DNA of 64,000 nucleotides from Octopus sinensis (lineage: Eukaryota): assembly GCF_006345805.1 (NCBI RefSeq), contig NC_043015.1, forward strand, positions 6,820,001 through 6,884,000, read 5' to 3'. A model generated the notes under the pieces. It was not told the DNA's origin. It saw only the letters and a list, made by a program, of their open reading frames with translations, and searched no databases. The position numbers and the translations under genes were made by a program. Position 1 is the stretch's first letter. Each line of letters begins with the position of its first letter. Below are positions 52,861-64,000 of this stretch, piece by piece.

Positions 52861-53274
52861 ATACTCATGTAAGTATGGGTGTCTGGTGTGATTTTAAACG
52901 CGAGATTTTGTGTGTGTATTTGTATGTATTTGTATGTATGTATATGCGTGTATGTGTGCGTACGTACGTGTGTTTATGTGTGCCTTTGTACGAAGCATAA
53001 TTCCGTCTTTATGGCAGAGTTAAATTTCTTAATGAATTTCTCTCTATTTCATTTATACGAGTGAAGCGTAAGAAGTTGCATTATATAAACACTGCAACGC
53101 ATGCTTCTGTTATGTTTGCTGTTAAAACAACACATTGTTCATTTATTTAAGGGAAATATGTCATAATTTGTCCTGTAATATTTATCTGCTTTATTTCACT
53201 TGGCAACTTCAGAATTCTTATTACAAACATAATCCCCATTTATTGAGTCACTTCGTGTGTGGGGGTATGTTTAT

Positions 53275-53860
53275 CTGGATTCATGTGTGTGTATGTGTGT
53301 GTATGTGTGTGTGTGTCGGCGTGTATGTGTGTATTTGTAGTATACTGTGTATGTGTGTACGTACATGTACGTACATGTCGGTGTGTGCGTCTGTGTTGGT
53401 GTGTGTTTGTCGGTGTGTGTATGTGTGTGTGTGTGTCTGAGAGTATGTGTGTGTTTGTAGTATACTGTGTATGTGTGTACGTACATGTCGGTGTGTGTTT
53501 GTGGTTGTCGGTGTGTGTGTTTGTGTGTGTTTGTGTGTGTTTGTGTGTGTCTCGGCGTGTATGTATGTATTTGTAGTATACTGTGTATGTGTGTACGTAC
53601 ATGTCGGTGTGTGTTTGTGGTTGTCGGTGTGTGTGTGTGTGTGTTTGTGTGTGTGTCTCGGCGTGTATGTGTGTATTTGTTGTATACTGTGTATGTGTGT
53701 ACGTACATGTCGGTGTGTGCGTCTTTGTTGGTGTGCGTTTGTGTATGTCGGTGTGTGTGTTTGTGTGTGTGTATTTGTAGTATACTGTGTATGTGTGTAC
53801 GTACATCTTGGTGTGTGTTTGTGGTTGTCGGTGTGTGTATGTGTGTATATGTGTCTGTGT
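53275..53860. repeat. Minisatellite, about five units of ~100-125 bp with core TTTGTAGTATACTGTGTATGTGTGTACGTACATGTCGGTG
   Basis: The core recurs at about 53335, 53455, 53571, 53676 and 53774. Confidence 0.9.
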
Positions 53861-54095
53861 TTATGTTAGAAAATACGGTGTATGAATGAGATTAAGGGTA
53901 TGTGAACGAATAAATATGGGTGAGCGAGTATAAGAGTTTAAGTGTGTGTGTTTGTGTAAGTATGCGTGAACATATGTGCATATGTATCCGAGTATTCATG
54001 TGTGTGTGTGTTTGTGTAAATTATGAGCCAAAGATCACGACGTAAGATGTTGGTAAACTCCAAGCAGTCCTTAGAAGGTAGAGAAAACAACTTAC

Positions 54096-54159
54096 CAGAA
54101 CTTTGGTGGTTTATTGACGTAGAAGGTTGTAAATTTACACAGTCGTCAAGAGATCCCAT
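54096..54159 (-). CDS. Possible first coding exon on the minus strand
   Basis: aaaATGG context, MGSLDDCVNLQPSTSINHQSS, then a strong donor CTG|GTAAGT. No partner exon was found. Confidence 0.18.
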
Positions 54160-54452
54160 TTTCACACGAGATCCCTTGACGACAATATAAACTTCGTATG
54201 GTTAAGACATATTTGGCCCGACGAGTAGCTAACGGTTTATCTCTCGTTCTCGTTTGGGCAATTACTAGTTCTGAGGTTCTGCTAGCAACGGAACATAAGT
54301 AGCTTGGATTTGAACCACTCCATTCCCTAATGTTATATATATAAACTTTTAATACTTTTGATATTTATATATATAAAAAAAAATTATAAATAAATAAATA
54401 AATTAATAAATAAAATAATAATATATAAATATAAAAATACACATACATACAC

Positions 54453-54512
<60 letters not shown>

Positions 54513-54818
54513 ATATATATATTTAAATTATTTAAATAATTGTTTAATGTTTAACTTTTATATTTTTAAATTAATTTTATGTATTGGTTTATGTTTTTCA
54601 CTGTTTGATTTGCCTAATAGTGGTTTTATCTCTAATTTAATATAATATAATATATATGTAAGGAAGAGCGGAAAAAAACAACAAAAACCGGAAACCGTCA
54701 ATACACATCATGCAGAGGAAAGTAGGATACCATGACTTCCGCATGTTGTTTCTACAGTTTCCGTTTGTTCTGATGTTTCTATTCTACCTTTGATTTATCC
54801 ATGCAGTGCTAGGTACAA

Positions 54819-55144
54819 CTTGTTGTTTACTTTGTAAGATTGCACCTAGAAAGTTACCCTCCCAGGTACAAGTCCGGGCAAGGTTGTTTATGGAAGGCCA
54901 GCAGTCACCCATGCATACCATCCTCCCCTGTCCACGCCACCAGTGTTATCCAAAGGGAAGGCAAAGGCCGATACGGCTTGGCACCGGTGACGTCGCAACT
55001 CATTTCTGCAGCTGAGTTTAACTGGAGCAACGTGAAATACAGTGTCTTGCTCAAGAGTACAACATGCAGCCCGGTGCGGGATTCGAACTCACAACCTAAC
55101 GATCGTAAGCTCGACGCTCCAACTACTCAGTCAAGTGCCTTCAC
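54819..55144 (-). mobile_element. tRNA-derived CORE-type SINE with tail Y
   Basis: The reverse strand reads GTGAAGGCACTTGACTGAGTAGTTGG...GAGTTCGAATCCC...TCTTGAGCAAGACACTGTATTTCACGTTGCTCCAGTTAAACTCAGCTG, with a distinct 3' tail and an (ACA)n end. Confidence 0.85.
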
Positions 55145-56980
55145 TCTATATTAATTAATACAAGAATATAACATCTTGTTAATGATTTTTATCAGGTAGT
55201 CAGCAAGCAATAAAAATTTATAGGTAATTTATGCATTAAATTAATAGATATATGTGTCTATGTATATAATTATATTAAGAGTGCAAGGGCGAAAAAAGGA
55301 CTTATCTCCAAAATGATTGAATGCCAAAAACTACAAAAATGGACACGGGTTGCAGTGAAAAATGTACACGGGGGCGAGTGAACAAAGATTAAAATGACTT
55401 TAATCTTTTTAAATGACGTTAATTGTGAATTGGGTCCAGTTTCAAGATAAAAGCCGTAAAACAAGCTTTTTTCCTTTGTCAACACAATACTAAAGAAATA
55501 TTAATACCAATTATTTGCACGTATAGAAATAATTTACTCTAGAATTTTGGGGTAGCAGATGTTGATTACAGTGGTGGGGGGCATGATATTGCAATTAATT
55601 TCCAATTTTTATCTATCTTCTTATCATCATCAAAAGATCTAATGCAGCTTGATACTGCGTTTATTAAAAATTAAGACCACTAGGAGTTGACAGCTGAGAT
55701 CTAGCTGCTGGTTATAAATTAAATATTGTTAGATAAAATTTCATTCCCTATGGCTATAAATTCCCTTAACCGCATAAAGAAACAAATCTCAGAAAGAGTC
55801 ATTTAGATAGTGGTAAATACCCAGAAAAAGAGGTAGGGTTAGCGTGACATAAACTCTTATTACTGTCAATTAAAGCGAACTACAATAGAAAACATACAAT
55901 GAGATCTAGATGGGCATTAAGGGCACAGAGAGAAAAACGCTATAATCAAAATATAAAAAAATCTGTGTATTATAACATTTTGTATAATAAAAGTAAATTT
56001 TTATAATTTAGAAAGGGATATAAGAACCAGGTAAGATAAGGACATATTGACCAATTGAAGCACTAAAAAGAAGATTATTTTTATATAATAGCTTCATAAT
56101 ACTTCATCCGAGCAGAACTTTAAAGTGTTCACCACAAAAATCATTGAAACAAGGAACCCAACTTGCATTCAGAATTTATCTGGGAAAGAATACAACAATC
56201 TTTGTTCGGTCTTTTGTCTCTTGATTCCCGTAAAATATTCCATCGAGGATATATTTGGGTGCGGAATACTCAGTTCTTTATTTGGTACTTCATTAAGCAT
56301 GTAGTTCAATTGGCTGGACAAGTGAATGCTCCTCGCCGAAAGCGACGGTGTCTGAGCAAGTGCTTTTAACAACATCTAAACTAACATATATGTGTTGAAT
56401 AACATTTCAATTCCAAAATGTTTTTGCTGAATAGGCAAATATTTATGTAATATGAACGTATTTAGCGTGTATATAATGTATTCCCGTTAATCTTATTCAA
56501 ATAAAATTATATACAACATGCACATACATACACAAACTACACGCAAAGAAACGTACACATATACGCAGGCTTGTGTACAAGTGTTAGAATGAGTTGCTCC
56601 TGTTTGTGCGCTTGCGTTGTATTCACTATTTTCCTCAACACATCATAATGCTACAAAGCTTACATAACAACTATACGTTTCAAATGTTTACTTGACAAAT
56701 TTCTATTTGAATCATTTATATAAGAATTCAGCACACATCAGGAAGCAGTTTCGCAAAAGTGTATTCAGTCATTGCTTGTGTACTTTTTCCGTTCAGCATG
56801 TATATAACTACTTTATCAGTATTTACAATTTGCAAGTAAGTGTGTCACAGATATAAGAAGTAACAGGGGAAATAATATTAAATAAATTAATTCAGCAAAT
56901 TGGAAAATATATATGTTGTAATAGTGTCGATAAAAAGAGACAAAAATATATATATATACCGTTTTTTAATTATTTATGCG

Positions 56981-57196
56981 CCCTTTTCAAGCCTAGCCAA
57001 GCTCATGGGCCCGGTTTCCCGGTTTCTATGGCGTATGTGTCCACCAGCTGGACGGGACGCCAGTCCATCGCAGCATTACTCAAGAAACAGGAAGAAAGAG
57101 TGAGAGAAATTTGGGGCGAAAGAGTACAACAGGGGTCGCCACCACCTCCTGTCGGAGCATCGTGGAGCTTTGAGTGTTTTCACTCAATAAACACAC
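56981..57196 (-). mobile_element. 5'-truncated SINE: middle as in 23929-24222, Meta/V-like tail as in 4077-4378
   Basis: The reverse strand reads AAAGCTCCACGATGCTCCGACAGGAGGTGGTGGCGACCCCTG...CTGCGATGGACTGGCGTCCCGTCCAG...GAAACCGGGAAACCGGGCCC. Confidence 0.85.
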
Positions 57197-57680
57197 ATAT
57201 ATATACCGTACCAGCATTTAATGCGCTTTGAAAATAAATGTGTTGCTATCGTTGTTTAGTCCCGAATTCATTTTATTCTAAATGAGAAGTTATGTGACCA
57301 ATCGCATTATAAGTATTGCAATTAGATTTATTCCTTTGTTTCTCAGGTATGGCTGAATGGCTAGGAAATTCGCTTTCAGTTCCACCGCATGACACCCTGG
57401 ATAGAAGACTTCTACTATAGCCCCAATCTAATCAGTCGCTCAAATAAATTAAATATAAATATACAAGATGGGGATACACGTTGTAACAAGCGCAACTTTC
57501 GGAAGTTCTAATGGAAGATTCTGTGTCTCAAGTGCTATATTTTACTAGCGGAGTTTCTCGAAATTAATGTTCCTCGAAAAATATTGATTAATATACTAAT
57601 CTTATGCAAATGTTTTTGTGAGCAATTTTTCGTGCTTTATTCTATATTCAATATTTATTATATACGCTCAGTATGTTATA

Positions 57681-58071
57681 AACTAGCAGTATCGCCCGGG
57701 GGCGTTGCTCGGGTTTGTAAGGGAAATAACTATAAAGCATTTTTAGAGAGTTATAGCCAAAAAATAGCAAAAAAATGGAAAAAAAATTATGGTAAATATT
57801 TTTTTGAGAGTTAAAAAGGTCGAGTTGCGTCCCCTAGACAGTCTGTGGTTTTTGTTTCTGATTCTCGACCCCATGTCGAATTTATCGATTTTCTTCAGAA
57901 CTGGGGGAACTTTTCAAAATTTTCGCTGCGTTAGTTTTGAATTATGACATTGGGCTATGTGTGTGTCAAGTTTCATCAGAATCGGTTGAAAACCGTGGTC
58001 AGGGTGAGGGTACAACCTAACAGACACACAGACACGCAGAGAGACAAACTGCCGTTTATATATAGAGAGAT
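57681..58071 (+). mobile_element. Non-autonomous Helentron-associated element (HINE/DINE-1-like)
   Basis: 5' AACTAGCAGTATCGCCCGGGGGCGTTGCTCGGG has a subterminal GCAGT and a hairpin. The 3' end reads AAGTTTCATCAGAATCGGTTG...(GACA)-like microsatellite, then ACTGC and TTTATATATAGAGAGAT. This is the typical HINE architecture. Confidence 0.78.
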
Positions 58072-59438
58072 ATGATATCTGTTGCTAATGAGGGAATTTT
58101 ACAGAAGAAAAAGCTGTAATTAGGATAATGTAAAAAGTGATTTAGTTTAAACAAAATCACTGGTGTTTTGTGGTTTATCATTACTGCAACTTTCAAAACC
58201 TGTTTTGATTCATTTATTCTCTAGAGTTCTTGGTTCTTGAGAAATGGAATGTATGTCAAAGTTTTCGCAAAAGTAAAATGGTTGAGAGTCGTTGTCCCAT
58301 TTTGTCTATGACTATATTATCCGATGCATGCTTAGTTTATTTATATTGTCTCATTATTTTTGTTAAGACGCTGTGGCATATGTGATACGAAGTAAATTTG
58401 GTTGTTAAAAAAATGTGTAGCCTTCGCTACTGGTACGTGAATATATGAACGGTAATTCAATTAAATATGTTGAAGTAGAGTTTAAGAACTATAAAAGATA
58501 TCCACCGAATTTAAGAGCTCAGTTATTAATGTATGCTTAACCTCCATTATTGCAAATCAGATGTCATAAATGGAATGGATTTGCCTACTTCGAAATTGGC
58601 TAAAACGAATCTTCAAAGCAACAAATTAATAGGTGTAAAAGCGAATATTTCATAGATGTTTCCCAATTTCATAATTAATCCTAGATTACATGGAACTTGC
58701 ATACTACCATATATGTCTTAGGGATTTTGTGTTCCAATCTCATTCGTTGTACACTAAATCCTGCGGTGCTGTTCTTCTTCATTAGCAGATTCGATAAATT
58801 GTGTTGGTAATGTAATTTTGAGCACGAATTACGTTAATTTATTAGAGAACAGGGAATTATTTTTCACACACAAATAAATTTCCAGTTCTCATCAGAGTTC
58901 ATAGAAAGTATAATAATATGACAGCTTCATCCTGTGAAAACGGGTAGAGACGTCTAAAATTACTTCCTGATATACTGAGTAACATTAGAGGTCACTCTTA
59001 GAAAGTAATATCAACCTGCGTTATGGAGTTCAGTTGTTTTGAGATTGACCGTATGAAATTTGTTTGGTTAATGCCATTCCTATGTTCCCTGAAAAGGCTG
59101 CGTATATTTCATACAACTAACGATACAATGTTTGAGATAATATAGAAAACAATGTTTAACTCTAATGAAACCTTATCTGATGCTAAAGATACACTAATTC
59201 ATTGCTAACGGAATAATCTTTGCCGTTGAAAATAAGGTTTTTTTATATTTTATATTTACATACTATATTTGCATTCACTTGGAGGAGATAAACATTTCGC
59301 TTTATGGTAACACTCTTCTGGAGAAGGCAAAGAATTGATAATAAAGTGCTGCTTGCTAGAATATTTACGGAAAAGAAGATCCAAGATACAAGTACTGTAC
59401 AATATATTGTGCCCACTGCAAAGATAGGTGTCTACGAG

Positions 59439-59835
59439 ATCATCATCATCATTGTTCGACCGTGGTCGAGACAATGGAATTAATCATGCTACGCCAGACT
59501 TCACGGTCCATCTTAGCATTACGGAGGTCCTGTTGCTGGATGCCTGTATCCCTGGAGATTACATCATGGTAGGAGAGTGTGCGCCCTCTTGTATCGCGAG
59601 CAGATGGCTTCCAGAGGAGAAGAGTAGAAATTACCTCGTTTTCAGCTCTACAACAATGTCCGGCAAACTGGACTCTCCTACCTTTCACAAGAGATGATAC
59701 AGGTGGTATTTTCCCATATATTTGCATTTTGGTTGGATGAGGCTTCCACGAGAGATTTTGAGCTCTCATAAGGAGGCGAGTGTAGGTTCCATCCAACCGC
59801 CTCTCAATCTTCTTTGATAACGTCCAGGTTTCTGA
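59439..59835 (-). mobile_element. 5'-truncated RTE/RTEX LINE, 3' end of ORF2, with a 9-bp TSD
   Basis: Uninterrupted SETWTLSKKIERRLDGTYTRLLMRAQNLSW...RRVQFAGHCCRAENE...LLLWKP...RGRTLSYHDVISRDTG...MDREVWRS...EQ* and a (TGA)n tail. The direct repeat GTCTACGAG lies at 59430-59438 and 59836-59844. Confidence 0.93.
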
Positions 59836-60924
59836 GTCTACGAGTTTCTTCAAGCATAAGAAAGATTTTTCTCTTATCTAAGGTATCCCCTTAATGAAAG
59901 ACCTTCGACAGCTAGTATAATAACTTTGTACGTACTTTTACATTTTATTTGAAACTATGTATATACTGTATATCATTTTTCACAACTTGATCAGATACAC
60001 GCACCATTTCACCCTTTAATTTTTCATATTCTTTTTCCCTAAAAGCCTCCTGAATATTCCCTAAAAAATGTTCCCTAAAAGCCACCTGATTGGCCGGTTC
60101 TCTATATGGTTAGAATAACAAAAGTTGTGTTGTAAGTGCAAAATCCAAAGAAAACAATTCTTAAATCGGACAATATTTTTTGATAAAACTGCCGGATGAA
60201 TTCTGGGATGTGTTTCTCTCCCTTTTGCCTCTTGCTCTCTCTCCCTCTCTCATCTGTTCCCCATCTCTATCTATCTATCTATCTATCTATCTGTCTATCT
60301 ATCTGTCTATCTATCTATGTATCTATCTATCCTTCTCACACACGCATACACACACAAGCCAACGCACTAACACTTCACGGTAAGTTTTCCATTTTCTCTT
60401 TGACCTAACCATTCATAATCGACCGACAACTCTATATTGCGCCGTGAAGAAATCATGGAAGAAATATCAACACACACGCACAAACTCTCTCTCTCTTTCT
60501 CTATCTCTCTCATTCATGAAATGAAAGCTGATTGAGTAAAGGTCCAGAAGTCTGATCTCGTCTTACTAAAAACAAATAAAAACAAATCTAGAAAAGAAAT
60601 AGTGGAAAGGAACGTGCCGATAAATTCCCCGAACATCACTCCACTTAGACTAAAAGACATTATTTTTGATGGCAATATTATTCATGCTTATTATCATATA
60701 TTTGTTATTACCGTTCTTATCATTATTGCCATCGTCATGGTTGTCGTCGTAGTACGACTAATAGTTTTTCTTGTTCTTCCCATAAATACTGTCTCTCTGT
60801 TGCTACTATTGTTAATTGTTAATGGAATGTTATCATTCAATATTTCTCTGCTCTTAGTTCGTTCTTTTTTAGCATCCATTGTTTCGTTTCACATTTACAT
60901 ATTTTCCATTGTCATTTTACTTCA

Positions 60925-61421
<497 letters not shown>

Positions 61422-61506
61422 TGATTATTGGAGGCCGAGTTCCACACTTCTGCGCTATTGTTGTTTATCACAAACATTATTTATCTACAATTTTTTTTTT
61501 TTTTAG

Positions 61507-61567
61507 CTCTGCAATTTTTAATACCCATAATGATTTTGTTCTTACAGGGATGAAAGTTATCTCGTAT
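61507..61567 (+). CDS. Candidate 61-nt exon
   Basis: Acceptor T14AG and donor TAT|GTAAGT. The phase-2 frame is open: SAIFNTHNDFVLTGMKVISY. An alternative acceptor at 61547 gives a 5' UTR followed by MKVISY. Confidence 0.32.
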
Positions 61568-61959
61568 GTAAGTAATTCAGTTTGGCAATTCGCTGTGGTG
61601 GGGATTCGCTTGCGAATACAAATATAACAACTGAATCTTCCTTACATTAATGTAGTTTAAAATGGTTGTATTCTTGAAATATTCGCCGGATAATCTCAGC
61701 CTCGATATTCAAGATACAGCTATGCATTATTATTATAATCATTGTTTACATAATTGTTATCACTATTCGTCTTATTATTATTATTATTATCATTATTATT
61801 ATTATAGTTGTTTTGTTGTTATTGCCTTTTTGATCTTGATGGTGTGTATATAATTATCTCTATGTTTCTTTTGTTTTGTTATTACTATTATTACTATTGT
61901 TGGCGATTTTAGGGTCGTTTACACACATTTTGTTTGTTTCAATTTATCATGATTTCTTC

Positions 61960-62197
<238 letters not shown>

Positions 62198-63089
62198 GTT
62201 GGTACGTACGCACTGACTTGAACACATTTTTTTGTCATCGATTTTACAGATTTTAATATATTACCAAATGAAACTTCATGGAATTTCTTAGACATAAACA
62301 TGAACATCTGTGTATGTAGACTTCAAAAGAAATGAAAAAGTCTTATTGTCTGTTTTTTTGTTGCCTACACTCATCCACAATTGGCTATGCAGTGGGGTCA
62401 CATGAATCTAAAACAAGGTATTGAAGGTTAAGGTAATTCACAGGTGTTTAAAAAACAGAAAGTCAGTAAAAACTTTATCTTCATATATTAAAAAATTATT
62501 TTTGCTCTTTTCTTTTAAAAATTACCCTAATGCGGAGAATTCTAGCGACGTGTTTACTAACTACCACAAATCTCATATTCCCAATGTTACGAAAAGAAAA
62601 TATTTTATGTCAGCATTGCACGTAAAGGAAAGTTTATCCTTTGCAAATTATGTCGTGGGTGGAACTTAAACACATACAACGCAGCTGAAAGAGCAACTGT
62701 TATGCGACACAAACGTAAGTGCGTTTTACCTGATGTCATCACAAACTTATAAGAAAATTATATATTTGTGATTTGCAAAATTACAGGATCTAAACATATG
62801 CTCACGAAAGATCAGTCGGAGACAACCTTTGCCTACGTACAATTATACTGTCTATAAGACTGATCAGATTGATTTTCCTGAATTCCTATTACATTTATGT
62901 ACCTTTTAAGTGTACAGAAGACTGGAGACAGAACAAATATAGAAGTTAAACTCGTACGAATGATAAGTGAAATATCATAATACTCTTCGGATACTAAAGA
63001 AAAACCTGCTGCTACATATACAAATCTTGGGTCATTTGCGAAATTATCCATCAGAGTAGTATAGAACATCGAAGAAGAAAAACAGTACA

Positions 63090-63600
63090 GGGTGCAATGG
63101 TAACAGTTGGCCATGGGTATTGTTGTTTTCAGTGTACTACTAGTGCGGATAATTCGAAGTGTACATCTTTTCCTCGGATGGAAGGACCGACAGGGAGAGT
63201 GATCAAATGGAAACAGAGGGTTCTTTTTCTTGGAAAGATCCAGAGCATCCATTCTCCGCTTTGTTACAATGAAGAAATACAAAATCTGTAATGACTGTAT
63301 TATGTCGGAGACTAAGGGGCAACTTAGAAAACAACTATCCCTCCACATATGACAAACCACAATGAAAGGCAAGGAAATGTGTGAGAAGTTCGATTCCTTG
63401 GGGTCCTACTGAAATTCACATTTATAAATATTATTTAAATATATATATTTGCGAGGGCTTGGCAAGTATCTCAACTAGCAGGACTTACTACCCTGGACTG
63501 ATGACGGGCAAGACCCAGAAACATGCATGTCTTCAGGTGCTAATCCTAGCAGGTGGGGGTGCTAGCCTCCCCTTCGCAAATATAAGGACACAGGAAATGT
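63090..63600 (+). mobile_element. Decayed 3' end of a Penelope-like element (GIY-YIG endonuclease remnant plus 3' UTR/pLTR)
   Basis: GYCCFQC...KC...EGPTGRVIKWKQ, then across frameshifts CNDC (63287-63298), YVG (63301-63309) and ETKGQLRKQLSLH (from 63308), matching the PLE pattern CxxC..YIGETxRxLxxRxxEH. A hammerhead motif follows about 150 nt downstream. Confidence 0.65.
63492..63537 (+). ncRNA. Minimal type I hammerhead ribozyme
   Basis: Stem I CCTGGA/TTCAGG, core CTGATGA (63498-63504), stem II cGGG-CAAGA-CCCa, GAAA (63518-63521), palindromic stem III CATGCATG, cleavage triplet GTC (cut after 63531). Confidence 0.85.
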
Positions 63601-64000
63601 GTCAAATCCGACAGGAAGCGCCGATGCTTCCTAGGGCTAAATAGCGGTGGTATTTTTTCCCTTTACGGGACTGTCACGTTATGTTGATAGTATACAACCA
63701 CTCTATCGCTCCTCCACCGCTCATGTCTCTTTGAGACATTTAGAAATTCAATATTTCTAATATCATTTAAATATTATTAAAATTATTTCCTTTGATTTTT
63801 ATATAACTTTAAGTTGCTTAAAACTGAGGTGGAACGGACAGAGAAAATGAGTTACTACTTTACAACCCTGCGTAATAGCTAATCCCGTAATAAAATAAGA
63901 CAAAATATCAGACTCAGTGAGAATGACATTGGACATTGATCTCCTTTCGCTCGATGAAAATCTCAGCACACTATGAGAATGTGCTGGATACCACTTGATG

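Noticed and set aside
62833-63372. 179-aa minus-strand ORF
   Set aside because: Antisense shadow of the decayed Penelope-like coding region; no recognisable domain.

Overview
AT-rich eukaryotic DNA, almost certainly a coleoid cephalopod (Octopus). This attribution comes from my recall of its repeat families and the extreme (TA)n/(TACA)n/(TG)n microsatellite load, not from a database search. The window is mostly intronic or intergenic. It holds more than 25 tRNA-derived SINE copies in about three modular families, three 3' fragments of RTE-type LINEs (one with a 9-bp TSD, two with C2H2 zinc fingers), a foldback mariner derivative, a pogo/Tigger-like MITE and a Helentron-type non-autonomous element. 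It also holds a decayed Penelope-like element whose 3' region carries a near-intact minimal type I hammerhead ribozyme (63492-63537). Almost all ORFs in the supplied track are microsatellite or low-complexity artefacts. No host gene can be named. A series of short + strand segments with good splice sites may be exons of one or two widely spaced genes (low confidence). The most interesting observations are the hammerhead ribozyme, a 52-bp hairpin (21920-22066) whose five transition differences are all G.U-compatible on the + strand just downstream of a strong + strand donor, a 19-bp perfect pre-miRNA-like hairpin, a recurrent tandem junction in one SINE family, and microsatellite-associated insertions.
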